A DNA stretch of 48,401 nt, the filler included, from Sphacelaria rigidula (Eukaryota): NCBI GenBank assembly GCA_964200075.2. It is 3 parts of 3 records of this genome, joined end to end, with 100 filler letters (N's around TTAATTAATTAA, not from the genome) between each part and the next. Parts side by side here need not be neighbours in the genome. Positions count along the whole stretch, not along the records: positions 1 to 16,074 come from CAXNAA020001495.1; 2 more parts are not named here. The stretch is one strand, 5' to 3'. The notes below the pieces were generated by a model. It did no database searches. It was not told the DNA's origin and worked only from the letters and a program-made list of their open reading frames with translations. Of this stretch, positions 1-12,449 are shown one piece after another (position 1 is the first letter of the stretch; every line of letters begins with the position of its first letter). Made by a program: the position numbers and the translations under genes.

Positions 1-3000
1 GTGGGGGGGGCGTGTTGGTGCGTACTCATTTGTTGCTTGCCTTGGTCGTTTGACCATTGACCACGCATCTCTTTCGAGACGGAGCATCGTTCCTACTCCT
101 AATAGAGACACCTTCAACATTCCGGCGCTCATTACGTTCCTTCCATACATCACAAAAAAAAATTACATATCTTATCCCCGTCCTGTTGCGCCGTCTGTGG
201 CCACCATCTATCTCCTAGTACAGCCATCGTTCTCTCCCTTTTGTCTAATGCATCAAACGATTTCATACCACCTTCGTTCACGTCCCGCATTTCCCCCTCT
301 CGCGTGTCCCGTTCCTTTTCGTATAGTTCATCTCCTGCCACTATATGGCTTCTGCTCTCTATTGCTTTGCCGCAGGAGCAGTTCTGTGCATCTACGTCCT
401 CCTCCACACGACGACTGGTATATATCTTTCTTCTTTCTGGCAGGTCCGGGCCTCCCACACGAAATCGCAGTTTCACATTTTTCGCAGCGTCCATTGGGCC
501 ATGCAAATACGCTTTCATCTCTACCCTCTCTCTCACCCCCCGTATCTTCAGGTGGTCTTCGTCGTCCACTTTGCGTCTGAGCGCTCCTTTTTCCCTTATT
601 TCTACCATGTCTCTTTATTTTGTCTTGTACCCCGCGCCTTCACCTATGGACAGTATTTCGTCTTGGTTTCCTCCTATCTCCCTCCATACTTTCTCGATCT
701 TATACCCCACCTTATTCCAGCTCGCCATTTCGTACTTTTTTCCATACAGTTTTATCAACTATAGCTGGCAATCTCTTTCTCTGCATGTTCTTTACGCTAT
801 ATTGCCACCTCAATTTCCTCATGTCTGTTTGTTTTAAGTGACTACATTTCCAACTATGTTTTGAATGCTGCCATCTGTACTGTTTCCAACTTCTTCGCCA
901 ACTTCACGTTCCCCTCCCATACTTCTCCTGCATATTCCAGCTTTGGTACAATCACGTTCATCACTATACATCTCTTCATCCTAGTGTCTAGATGCGAATC
1001 ACTGAGGTTTACGTTCATCCTATCTGTGCCTTACCCTTTTATTACTTTATTTATGTGTGCATCCCAAGAACAGTTTATAGGGATCTATAAATCAAGGTAT
1101 GTATAGTGGTCTACGATCGGCAGTTCCTCTTCTCTTTTTTTCCACTTGAACTCTACCGGATTTTTCTTATCCTCGTTACAGACGAGTACAACGCATTCGT
1201 TAACGTTCGCTGTCACTCTCCATTCCATAGTGTATTCTAGAGCCTTTTTATTTGTTTTTGCCATCCTCCTGCTGTTGTTCCTGAAATCCCCACAAAGTCA
1301 TCTGCGAACATCAAACCTGATATCACATCTTCATCCACCTTGAGTCCTTCATTTGCTGCTTCTATCGCTACTATGAGGTCATTAATGAATACCTGGAACA
1401 AAGTGAATGATAACGTACATCGTTGCGCAACTCCTTGTAAGGTATCAAAATATTTCGATATTTCCCTTTCTAGCATCATGGCACTTTTGGCACATTCGGT
1501 CATCTTCTTTACCATTCTCCACATCTTTCCTCTGATCCCAGTTTCCCACAACTTTTTCGAAGTCCATTTCTCCATACTGTGCCATGAGCCTTTTGCACGT
1601 CCAGAAAAAAACAGTACGTTGTCAGCCCGGCATCTTTCCAACCTTGAATAATCTCACCTAGCGTGTAAACATGGTCTACGCAACTACGGTTTGGTCTGAA
1701 ACCTGCTTGTCCCTCGCTGATATTTTCCTCCTTTTCTAGCATTGGTCACACTCTATCATTCAGGATCTTACAGAACGCTTTCCCTACCGTGCTCAGTAGG
1801 GTTATCCCTCTATGATTTCTAAGGACAGCCTTGTCTCCTTTTTTGAAAAAAATGACTACTACTCCTGCTCTCCACCTCTTTGGTGTGTACTCGTTTTCCC
1901 ATATCCAGTTGTACAACATAATCATCATGGTCATTATCCTCTTCCCCCCGTGCTTTAGAAATCCAGACACTATTCCGTCTGCCCCTGCTGCATTTTCGTT
2001 CTTGAATTTAGCTACGCACTCATTTACTTCATCTCTAGTAAACTCTCTCTGCAATTCTTTCGAGCCACTGTCCTCCCGCTTCGACGTCTTTAAATTTGCT
2101 TCTGCTCACTTCTTGATCTCTTTCTCGAATTTCTTGTCGAACTTCGTGTTAGTTTTTGGTGTTCCTAGTTCACGGTAGTGCTCGACTAGCACTTCTCTCT
2201 TCCCTTTCGAGCTACTGACCATTTTACCGTTTTGTGCCCGTAGTGTGGCTATCCCGTTGTCTATCCTTCTTGCCTCGTTTCCCGTTATCCCTTTTATCCC
2301 TACCCATATTTGTTTTATTCCGCCATCGAAATCTTCATTTGTTTTATTCATTACATCTTACTATAACTCCTTCTTTTTCTTATGTACCATACTTTTCACT
2401 TCCTTTCGAGCTTTAGTATACTCGTCCTATCCTCCCGTAGTTTTTCTCGAAATCCATCTCGCGTGGGCCTCTCTCCTTACTCGTATAACCTCTTTTACTT
2501 CCTCATCCCACTATTTTACTGCTCTGTTGCATACGATCAGTTTTTTCCTCATGGCTTTACTCGCTGTGTTCTTGACCAGCTGCTCCCACCCTTCTACAAT
2601 CTTCGCCCCTACCCGATTTCTTTCCATTTCGGTATCAACTGTACCTCCGTATTCCAACAGTTCGGAAAATTTCACTGCATTTTTGGCCATCTCTTCTTGG
2701 CACACTTGCTGTGTTTCTTCTATATCTAGTTTATCGATTCTCCATTTGTACAACTTCCTACCCCGCCTATTCCTTTTAGCTCTCGTCTGTTGGCTTTCTG
2801 TCGATATTAGGCAGTGATTTGTAGTTCCCACGTCCTCCGCGCATACATGTACTTTCATTTCTTCACTTTTTCCATGCTCTACTGCTATATAGTCAAGAAC
2901 GGAGCATTCTATCTCGTCTTTACACTTTCTAGTCCATGTCCATTACGCCTCTGGCTTTATTACTCTATCGTTCAGCGTCTTCATCTCGTTATACTCGAGG

Positions 3001-3318
3001 AACGTGAGTATTTCTACCCCATTCGTGTTCGTCTTATCTCCCCCGTATTGCCCAATGATATCATCCGGTTGACCTGCTTTTCCTGCCCTTGCAGTAAAAT
3101 CTCCCGCTAACATTACTTCTCCTTGAATTTCATACTTATGTACATCTGTTGCTATCTCTCCAAATATGCGCTGAATATCGTTCACCCTACTCTTCGATTC
3201 TGGGGGCATATAGATGTTCCATACGAAGAAGTCCTTCGTTCCCCGCTCCCCTGGTACCCTTACCCATATGCTCTCGTCGAATTTCGTGTCATCTATCACT
3301 TCGATGATGTCACACAGG
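1..3318 (-). mobile_element. Decayed, 5'-truncated non-LTR retrotransposon (LINE): APE endonuclease, reverse transcriptase and C-terminal Zn-knuckle-like region
   Basis: Colinear - strand ORF fragments. Endonuclease: WNIYMPPES...LAGDFTAR (2943-3299) and TNHCLI at the SDH position (2511-2858). RT: AAGADGI...NHRGITLLS (1746-2054), QAGFRPNRSCVDH...FLDVQKA (1509-1742), QGVAQ..LS...FADD (1237-1641). C-terminal: CSCGKAIESRSH (150-608). Multiple frameshifts and stops; the endonuclease N-terminus is missing. Confidence 0.93.
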
Positions 3319-3803
3319 TTAGCTTCTCTATTCCATGGCTATGTCCGGGCTGTGTTATGGTAGGTTAAAGAAAAGGGATGGCTAGCTTCCCTGTTCCATG
3401 TCTATGTCCGGGCTGCGTTATCGAAGGTTAAAGGAGAAGGAGGATCAGCTTCTCTATTCCATGTCTACGTCCGGGCTGTGTCATGGTAGGATAAAGAAGA
3501 AGGAGGGTCAGCTTCCCTGTTCCATGTCTATGTCCGGGATGTGTCATGATAGGTTGAAGAAAAAGGAGGGTTAGCTCCTCTGTTTCATTTCTATGTGCGG
3601 GCTGTGTCATGGCAGGTTAATGGAAAAGGAGGGTCAGCTTTCCTATTTCATTTCTATTTCTGGGCTGTGTTATGGTAGTTTAAAGAAAAAGGAGGGTTAG
3701 CTCCTTTATTTTCATGTCTATGTCCGGGTTGTGTTATGGTGGGTTAATGGAAAAGGATGGTCAGCTTCCCTATTTCATGTCTATGTCCGGGCTGTGACAT
3801 GGT
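3318..3803. repeat. 63-bp tandem minisatellite, about 8 diverged copies
   Basis: Unit AGCTTCCCTGTTCCATGTCTATGTCCGGGCTGTGTCATGGTAGG... restarts at 3321, 3384, 3447, 3510, 3573, 3636, 3699 and 3763. Confidence 0.95.
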
Positions 3804-4070
3804 ATCGGAGAAGAAAAAAAAGAAGCTTTGGTATGTCACGTCTATATCCACTGTGTTTCTGGGGGGAAACAAATTGAGCTGTTCAAGTTTTTTCAAGTCT
3901 GTTGTGTCTGTCGGTCCGGGACTTTCTTTGTCCAGTCGCGGTCCTGGTATATGTGCAGTGACAGTCAGTACCTTTCATGTCTTGGTTTTGGTGCCTTGTT
4001 TTACAGCGCCGTTGCCACTCGACGCCAACCCAAGAGTCTAGAGGTGGGGGGGTATAGGATTGGGGGGGGG

Positions 4071-4226
4071 GCGTACTCATTTTTTGCTTGCCTTAGTCGT
4101 TCGACCATTGACCAGGCATCCCTTTCGAGACGGAGCACCGTTCCTACTCCCAACATCTCGGTGCTCATCACGTTTCTTCCATTCGTTACACAAAAATCGT
4201 TTACATACCTTATTCCCGTCCTGTTT
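4071..4226 (-). mobile_element. Short 3'-end fragment of the same LINE family
   Basis: Matches 20-186 (GCGTACTCATTT.TTGCTTGCCTT.GTCGTT.GACCATTGACCA...CCCGTCCTGTT). Flanked by ATAGGATT(G/A)GGGGGG on both sides (4054 and 4234). Confidence 0.85.
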
Positions 4227-5341
4227 CTATGGGATAGGATTAGGGGGGCGTATAAAGTATGAGATGCTCTTCTCCGGATGAACGTGTCCTTTTACAATGC
4301 CGAGTCTTTTGAATTTCACAGTAATTATGCCATGAGCATCATTTGACTTTGGTGTGAGTAAGGGGTCGTGAGTTTATCCGTGTGATGATCATTGACAAGG
4401 ATCCGCTCCAGCCAGGGGGGCTATTCGAATATGTCCGGACTGGATCCTTGTACATGCGTACTTGTACCGGTGCACGTACAATTTGGGAAATATGAAATAC
4501 GGAATAGATATATGATCCAATACAGAATTGGACCAATCAGGAGCAGGGGGTTATATCATGATACTTGGACTGTATATGAGAGTGATGTGCCCTACCAGCT
4601 CACTTGCTTTTCGTTCCACCTTTGAAGTTACTTTGGAGTTTAATATTGGGAGTGGATAGTTCCATAAGCAGCTCGAGGGGAGCGTGCATTCAGTGGCGAG
4701 TGTGTGATTGGTGAACCAAGCGTATATAAGAGAGATTATAATACAAGAAGATTATACACTTTCCCCTCAGCCAAAATTGCCTCGTGTACGAGGCTTTCAA
4801 TGAAATCTCCCCCCGTTCACAAGCAACGTGGTCGGGATCGCGTCCAAATCATGACGGGAACCTCCATAAACATCAACATATTCATGAAGAAATGAAAATG
4901 CACTCTTCGGTCGTCACGTGCGGCCTCGCTCATCCTCAGGAAAAATCTATGCCCGAGGTGTAAAATCCCGTGTTGTATGTTCACGGTCCAAAAGGAGTCG
5001 CTGAGTGTTGTGAAATTTCAGGAACTGTTCCAACAGTCTATTTTGACGTTTTGAGACAGAATGAAAACAATTCCAGGCCCGGACACGAAGCGCTTTGGTC
5101 CGGAGACAAACGACCGGCATTTCATTTTTTGCATGGCACCACAACCTCTGGGCCTGGTTTTAAAACGTTTTGGGGGCCTCCAGTCTCCTCAGTATATCCT
5201 GTGAATACGCCGTGGCGCTCGCAGGCATGCATTCGGGAATCATCAAGTACCTTGCCAGTCCCGACAATTTCGGCGATCTCCGAAAAAACAGTGTCGACAA
5301 TAATGAGCCTGACTCACGAAGAAAAACAACCTACGTACATA

Positions 5342-6129
5342 TTCTAGAGCTCGGAAATGGTGCCAATTATAACTCACCATGATAATTATGATGGTGTGTG
5401 TTGTGTCTGTTGTCGTCCCATCTATTCTGGACGCCCGTCTACACCTTTCGGTATATGTGGGCGCATCTGCCGGGGTCACACAGGAGGAAGGTCAACACAG
5501 GAGTCTTAATTTATCCATTTGTTTTTAGTATCCCACCTTCCTTCTGCGGTGCTTGCCTTTCTATTTTATCGCGAGAAGAGTTCAGCGGTCCCTTTCCCTC
5601 ATCAACCGTTTAGTCGAACTTTGTGTACACGTAGTCGTTCTCCACCGTTGGGCATGGTGTGAGGAACATCTCGGATCACTCCGAGATTTGAATCCATGAC
5701 TCAACCGTCAGAAGGTTTCGAGGTTATCAAGTGAGCCACTGGGGCGACCCGTTATAATGGTAATAATGTCAATGGTTACATAAAACTTTTGGATAATGGT
5801 TTGAAACCATTATTTACCGTTACCGGCTTTATACGCCGTTAACGGCTACGTGTGCTACATACAGCCCTTGGAAATTGGCCCAAATGTACCGTATTTTTTA
5901 GCTCCAGAGAAGCCAAATCGCGTAAAAACGTGTCTCCGGCACGGCGCCTCCAGTGGAGCCCTCCGGGAGCGCCTCCTGCGGGACTCCATCTGCGGGGGGG
6001 GGCTTTTTGGCTCGCGACTGCGCCGCTCGATGACCAAACCATTATGTACCATTTAACTGGTTGATGAGTGGGCTACGCGTAACCACTCAACTGGTGAATG
6101 GTCAGACAAACCATTTCCGAGCTCTAGAA
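5342..6129. mobile_element. Non-autonomous TIR element (MITE-like) with a SINE inserted in it
   Basis: Perfect 20-bp inverted repeats TTCTAGAGCTCGGAAATGGT (5342-5361) and ACCATTTCCGAGCTCTAGAA (6110-6129). No coding capacity; TSD unclear. Confidence 0.7.
5396..5750 (-). mobile_element. tRNA-derived SINE, family A, apparently full length
   Basis: On the - strand it starts GGTCGCCCCAGTGGCTCA (A-box-like), has a degenerate B-box (GGATTCAAATC) and ends GGGACGACAACAGACACAACACACAC. Homologous to 30689-30954. Flanked by TTATGATGGT / TTATAATGGT (TSD-like). Confidence 0.8.
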
Positions 6130-6211
6130 AAAACCCTATAAATCCTCAAACTTTGTCATTTGGTCCTTCGGGGGGCATGTATACTTATTCTTGAAACGAG
6201 GGGAGGGGGAG

Positions 6212-6270
6212 GCGTACTCATTTGTTGCTTGCCTTAGTCGCTTGGCCATTGACCACGCATCTCTTTCGAG
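6212..6270 (-). mobile_element. Very short 3'-terminal fragment of the LINE family
   Basis: GCGTACTCATTTGTTGCTTGCCTTAGTCGCTTGGCCATTGACCACGCATCTCTTTCGAG matches 20-78; flanked by G-rich near-duplicates. Confidence 0.8.
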
Positions 6271-7719
6271 GTGGAGGGGGGGTATCTAAATATCGTGCGC
6301 ATCATGAGTGCTGTGATGTACACTGTACACGGAAACCGAAGGTCATCGAGATGAAGGTATTGCAGCGCATAGGGTAATCTTCCAAGAAGTGCAAGACCCA
6401 CGAGGACGCACAAGATACTCAAGTAGCGCGTTGGACAACTTGTAAACTTTTGGGTGCCCAAATTTTGAAATTTTCTCTCCGGGAGGGGGAGAAGGAATGC
6501 TGGGTTTCAAATTTTTCACTCTACGGAGCCCCTTGCATGAGTTTAGGCAAAACGCTCGCTCCCCTTATGTACGCGACTTGAGCTCTCGTCTGCGCGTATC
6601 GATATCTTGGAAAGCCCTGGATACTTTTCTTCTGCATGGCCGCAGAACCAACATGTTTTTGGTGCTTTCGGTTGACTGTGCCGGATGTGTGTAATGCATA
6701 CAGCTGTACCTCCATCATCATCATGCACGCACATACTAAATGTCATGGTGACGTTCCGCTTTCACACTACTTTCATCCAGCTTGGTGCTCAAGCAATCCA
6801 CGTTCTTGTTGTGCGGGTATATTCCTAAGTAGGCCGAACTTCTGCTGCTACGGACTGAAATAGTACACGACAGATGGCAGAGTGCCATGTGGAAAATTCA
6901 CGGTGATTTTCGTGATCATGTACCATAATATGTGTTCACATGATAGTATAGTAGGTGGTCCGCGGATATAATGCCCTTCCTTGTCCAATATCGGACGGTA
7001 TCTGGCCTGGCATGCCACGTCCTATTTTCACTTTCAGTCCTCGCAACCACCCCCCGCCCGTACATTCTCCGTGATGGCAATACATATTATACTTGAGTTA
7101 ATTGCTGATTAACGCGTGTCGTATTCCTGTAGACTCTTCCGACAGCGGGTCGAGAAAATATCGACTGCTTTTCAACATTTATTTGGTAATAGTATGTCCA
7201 CAAGTCCTTTACTATCCTTGCCCGCCCTTCCGTTGGCGGAAGTATACTGCTGCTATATATACTATAACAATGAATAATGCTCATTCACGAAGATTGGCCC
7301 AGCGCACGGCTATAATATACTATTTATTATAACTGTTGTACTCAATGCACGGATCTTATCTCCCAAATATCGTGAAAAATACGGTGCACCTTGGAATATT
7401 TATATTTTAAATATGGCAGGAGTCAGGATGCGTTTTGCCTGATTGAGGTGTCGACACCTTCTACGATAGCCCCCCCCCCCCCCCAAAAGTGCATGGTTTT
7501 GGGGGGCAAAATCTTCACGTAGATCGAAATGGGAATAGCCGAGCACAACGAGAAGCTGGGAGTTCCTACGCTTGGCTTATTTCTAGCCAATGTCGCCAAT
7601 ATGAGGCGCGTCATGCAGCCTGAACACGAACATCAGGCGGCGCTGTATGGCCATATTTTTCGTGACACTTAGAACTGATTTGGGGGGAAGGGGGGGGGTA
7701 TCGTAGAAAGTGTCTATCG

Positions 7720-7812
7720 TATCTCAAACTCGAGGTTCCCGGTATATTTAAAAGTATTTTACAGAAAAAAATACCAAGGACCTTGAGTTTAAGATATTGT
7801 ACCTCTAACATT
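7720..7812. repeat. Palindromic module of a dispersed repeat (second copy at 25353-25445)
   Basis: Imperfect inverted repeat TATCTCAAACTCGAGGTTCCCGGTAT ... ATACCAAGGACCTTGAGTTTAAGATA. A similar palindrome followed by TGTACCTCT.ACA occurs at 25353-25445. Confidence 0.65.
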
Positions 7813-8112
7813 CCACAATAGAAATACAGTAACTGTATTCGTCTTCATGTCCTGAGATTCCGCTCTAGGCACGTGTGCGGTGGCCAACCTCAAATCGGCG
7901 TCGCAGACCGGGTTGGACAAGAACGCGTTTTCACAGGCAGGTTCGTATATTTTCCTATGCAGGTAAATATGCGGAAAATTCATGAGATGTGCCCGGAGTG
8001 TTCCTCTATGTCTAAGGTGGAGGGGAGGGGGCATGGGGGGGGGGGGGGGGTTGGGGCTCGTCGGTTAACTGGGAAAACATAAATGTATTGGCCGGTGGCG
8101 GGGCCATTTTAA

Positions 8113-8122
8113 NNNNNNNNNN
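8113..8122. other. Assembly gap (10 N) flanked by low-quality poly-G tracts
   Basis: N run; long G homopolymers at about 8035-8050 and 8181-8214. Confidence 0.95.
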
Positions 8123-8178
8123 TGGGGGTGAAACTGGGGGCAAATTTTGGGGGGGGCCGCGGGTTTTCCCTCATTTTT

Positions 8179-8215
<37 letters not shown>

Positions 8216-9481
8216 TTCCAACTGACTTCTACGAGTTGTCACTTTGTAGCTGTCCTCTTCATCGACAGACCGCGGGTAAAATGAAGCGAAAGTGAATATA
8301 CATAATCATGATCACTTCCGAATTTCGGAGCGAGCATACAAAAGGGCGGGTCTGCGTACGGGAGAGCCCCCGCAGCGTACCGGACAGACGGATGACTGCT
8401 TCGTTCGTGATCGCCTCGAGCTCCAGCGTAGGCGGAAGACGTGAGTGTTGCTCTGGCGGACGTGGTCGTGGTCTTCGTTTTCATTGTCATTGTTTTTGGT
8501 AGTGAAAGGTGTTTTTTTCGCCATGAAGAAAGAACAGGGGGTTGAACTTTTTGTCGGTGTCCAGACGAGAAGGAATTCATCGATACTGAAAACAAGTAAT
8601 ATTTTGAACCCCGAGGACTCTCATCTATTGTCAGTCGGTTTTTCCTGAGCAGCCATCGTTTTCGTAAATAGAATAAATGCTGTACCCTGTACCCTCCCGC
8701 CAGGAGGAGCTTGGCCACGAGACCACCCAAAATACTGCTAGTTCACCACAGTGGTTGCGCCTATACAAACCATTGGTGCGGTGTTCGGGAGTGGCATGTA
8801 GGTGCTTCGTGGGCTTATTTTGAGTCGAGAAATCGTGGTACCTAGTGTGCCTCATGCGTCGTAACCGTCAGCAAAGGACTTGAGAATGATGTGTCCTCTA
8901 CCTTTCGACGCACGAAAGCTGAAAGGTAGGAGGCAGGCGAGCGTCATGAAAACGGGTGTTCGTTGTGGAACCCAATAATTGTATTCAACCTTCAACTATC
9001 CAGTCCCCGGTGAGTGTTCACGGCCATGACTGCATTGGGCAACGAGAACTCACTGGACGAATTAGACCATAGCCACGAAAACCTTCAGTTGAGAGCTTTC
9101 CAAAGACGTGAAGTTCGGTATCCTGGGCGATCTAGTTTAGATCATTGTCGGGCTTGAAATTCTGTTATGTTGCGGGCGAGGGGGTGCTATCTTGCGTCAT
9201 ATAACGGCACTCCATCAGTTACACCATTATATATATACGTATAACGGCACTCCATCAGTTTCACGACGTATAACTCTGGTACAAGCACAGACCGTTTTAC
9301 AGGAAAAAATTTCGGCAAGCGCGCAGAAAGATGTGCTGACTGTGCTGTCTATCTGCGTTCGTGCAGGCCATCCTCTGTACGTCACTTGGTACATGCTGTT
9401 TTTGCCCTGCCTCCGTGCCTTCTCAGCCTGTGCGCTGCCTGCATCTGTTTTGTGCATGTGTGCCCGTGCCTCTTATCATAG

Positions 9482-9595
9482 AGAGTCAAGAGGATCGGAC
9501 TGTGGTTGTTCCAGATCTCAATAAACACCTGCCGTTGGCCAGGAGACTCTCGGGAAATGAGCCCGCGCGAGCTTTTTTTGGGGTCTTCGATGGAC
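9482..9595 (+). CDS. PP2C/PPM-family Ser/Thr phosphatase, internal exon A (upstream exons not found)
   Basis: Encodes (E)SQEDRTVVVPDL...RAFFGVFDG, PP2C motifs 1-2. AG acceptor at 9480-81 (alternative at 9482-83); GTGAGT donor at 9596, phase 1. Confidence 0.9.
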
Positions 9596-11291
9596 GTGAG
9601 TTTCAGACAGCGTAAGGAGATAACTATATATCCACCAACGAAAGGGCTGCACATTCCGCGCCATGGTTTCCTATGGTCGTAGGACCACGGACTCCTCAAG
9701 GAGCCGCACAAGGAGCTGCCAAGTGTGCTCCAAGTTCTCACAAGGAGCTGTCAGTAGACAAGGTTCATCATCTCGGAATATCTTTCCTCGGCCGTTGGCT
9801 GCAGGCTCTTCGGTTTCCACTCGAGTGCAAGAGGCACAAACGAATGCTTCCGCGTATGCTGCACATTGTACACTCATCTTCATTTCCGCTTGTACTCCGC
9901 GAGCATTCCGTCAACACAGGTGGGTTTTACACGGATGGGATTAGTCCTTCCCCAAATCGCCGGAGACGTCATGACGGTTTCCGACTGGTCTTTCCGCCTT
10001 TATGCGTCTCCGTGAACACCTGTTCGAGCCCCTACAAACAGGCCGTTTGTTTTTCTTGTCCAACTTTTCGACAACAGAAACCTACATACGGTAGGTTCGC
10101 CTGATGTTTTCCTGCCATGCACTGCTGGAGACCGTGGCCCCCAAATTCGAGGGACAACTCCCGTCTCCCGCATACGAGATGAATCATCTGTTCCTCGGTA
10201 TGGCTCCCCCTAGCCGGGTGCTGCAGCCTTCATACACCAATATATATCGGACAGCCCTGTGTAGTAACGTAATAGCGCAGTACAGTCTGTAACGCGATCC
10301 GGATGGATCCCGCAGCGTTTTGCACGCGTTCATGTTTTTCCGGGCAGCCTGCTTTTTGTCTTCGAAATTCTTGACTGCAGACAGTAAGTAGTACATCCGT
10401 TGTACGGACAGGACCGTCACCGTTGCACAGCCAATACAAGTACAGTTCACAAGTTGGAGATATGTAGAGCTATATATCGTATTTCCATTTCGGGCACAGT
10501 ACACCGTTTTCGTAAGGACCATGGTTCAGTCCACAGGGACAGTAGTCTATGAGCTACTTGAAAAGTTATGAGAAGTATCAAGTATGTTCCGTTCTGCACG
10601 AGGAAAAAAAATGCGAAATGTCTGGTGTCGTTACAGTAGCCAGTAACACATCTAATGTAAAAAACGATAACCGCCACTCGGGTTCGCCTTGGCGAAAGGG
10701 TTTTCACAACTTGTGTGCCAGAAGAGTCGGGCACACTGGCGCTTCTCGCTGATTATTGGGACACTAACTGTCACGAAGCCCAGCATGTAGCTGTTATCTC
10801 TATGGCTTGCTGATGGTACGTCACGTCTTCGTCACTCGCCGTTTCTCACGTTGGGACCAATGTGTTGCAGCAACCACGATAGGGCTCTTGTTTTTACTGG
10901 CCCCCCGAGTAAGGACTGTCGCTACCAGAGCCTCTCGCTAAGAATGAATGCGACTACTAGTCCGTCAGGCGCCCAGATCCCTCGTTGGCCGTCGGTTGAC
11001 GAGGCTTATCCTTGGGGGGGTTCGAAGCAGTTGTTTTTGGTGTAGGCACAGTCCACACAGAAAATGATGTTGCCGTATGCGGTCGTAGTACACTGGCTGA
11101 CTTTAGCAGTACAGGCGGTTGGCCGTCATCGCCACCCCTTGTATGCTTCGACCTCGCATGCGCCGACGATTGAGAGTCGAGGGATATGAGAGAATCGCAC
11201 CTAGATTTTCGCATGGGCACCAGAGTGAAGTTAGAATCACGTTTCAAAACGAGACCAGTTTGTGCGCGTTCGCTCTTCTTTATGTCGATGA

Positions 11292-11310
11292 AGTAGTAGT
11301 AGTGATATAA

Positions 11311-11362
<52 letters not shown>

Positions 11363-11380
11363 TGTAGTAGTTGTAGTTGT
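11292..11380. repeat. (TAG)n microsatellite, possibly a retroposon tail
   Basis: Long TAG/TTG run read directly from the sequence. Confidence 0.9.
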
Positions 11381-11710
11381 CATCTTCACATTAGTCAACC
11401 CTTGGACCAGGGTGCGGGTAGTCCATCTGGATCACGCATACTTTTTTCAAGTGAAGATTGCCGCCAATTCAGCAGTTGACCTACCAGTACCTTTGCGGTC
11501 AGAGGGTTAGGAACCGTTCCGATATCTGCGCAGCACTCCGTGTTGGGCATTCAATGCCGGCGACTTCTGTGGTCGCAGGCTAGCTTCCCACACGATGTAT
11601 AATTGAATGAATTTAAAATGAAATAAGACCCAGGTGAATTCAAGGCCAGAGTAAATTGCATCATTTTTATAAATTGTTTCACAATCTGCCGAACAGTGGA
11701 AAGCGATTAT

Positions 11711-11854
11711 CACCCCACAAGGAAGGTGGAATACAGATACGAAAGAAGAATCCTGTGTTGACCTTCCTCCTGTGTAACGCCGGCTGATGCATCCACATAC
11801 CCCGAAATATGTTGATGGGCGTCCAGGATAAATGGCATGACAACAACCACTCAC
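11711..11854 (+). mobile_element. SINE family A, 3' half
   Basis: AAGGAAGGTGG...CCTGTGTTGACCTTCCTCCTGTGT...GGGCGTCCAG...GACAACAACCAC matches the reverse complement of about 5400-5550. Confidence 0.75.
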
Positions 11855-11875
11855 TGAAACAATTTTTGATTGAAC

Positions 11876-12074
11876 TGCTCGTGTCGACGAGGAAAAAATA
11901 CGGCCAAACTCTCTCTCGATGAACATTACGCCGCGCACGGTCGGAGAAAGTTAGAGAAGAACACAAAGATTCCTGTGACTTCACCCACGTGGGATCCCAA
12001 CTGGTGTGCCCGCAAATACCGGAAGGTGTAGGCGTCCGGAAAAAATGGGACGAAAACACACTCACACGCACACT
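11876..12074 (+). mobile_element. SINE family A, diverged 3' part
   Basis: Ends TACCGGAAGGTGTAGGCGTCCGG...ATGGGACGAAAACACACTCACAC, like the other copies. Confidence 0.65.
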
Positions 12075-12449
12075 ATGGCATCGCGAACCACATTCGAGTA
12101 AATTAACTGCCGGCATCGCACTCATCGAGAGTCCGACAACCACGCAGCTTCTCTGGCCGAGGCTACCTTTGCTGGCACGGCTTCTTCCGCAACTACCTGT
12201 GGGTTGGTCGTAGATGTTTGGATTCGACGGAGTAAAGAGTTGCCCGAGGGGCCCCATATCGGGAAATGAGGGCACCACCTCCCCCCAGGTCGCCAAAACC
12301 TCATTCTGGGGCAGTAGGATGTGAAGCGTACCCTATTCGAGGGGTACCCCTATTTGAAGGGCGTGCCCCCCCTGATCGATGGATGATGGCGAAGTTGTTG
12401 ATGTACTTCACGGCACGTGCATGTCGGCAGCGTTCACCTGTGCAGGGTC

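Noticed and set aside
241..2817. Long + strand ORFs over the LINE
   Set aside because: They are antisense shadows of the - strand LINE coding sequence.
3318..3803. CRISPR-like array
   Set aside because: Whole units are homologous with no unique spacers, there are no cas genes, and the context is eukaryotic.
4350..4745. Solo LTR
   Set aside because: It has a TATA-like motif and TG/CA candidates, but no TSD or second copy was found.
8020..8215. G-quadruplex or regulatory G-tracts
   Set aside because: The tracts flank an N gap and look like low-quality read ends.
9200..9260. 21-bp direct repeat around a (TA)n stub
   Set aside because: Real but trivial local duplication with no evidence of function.
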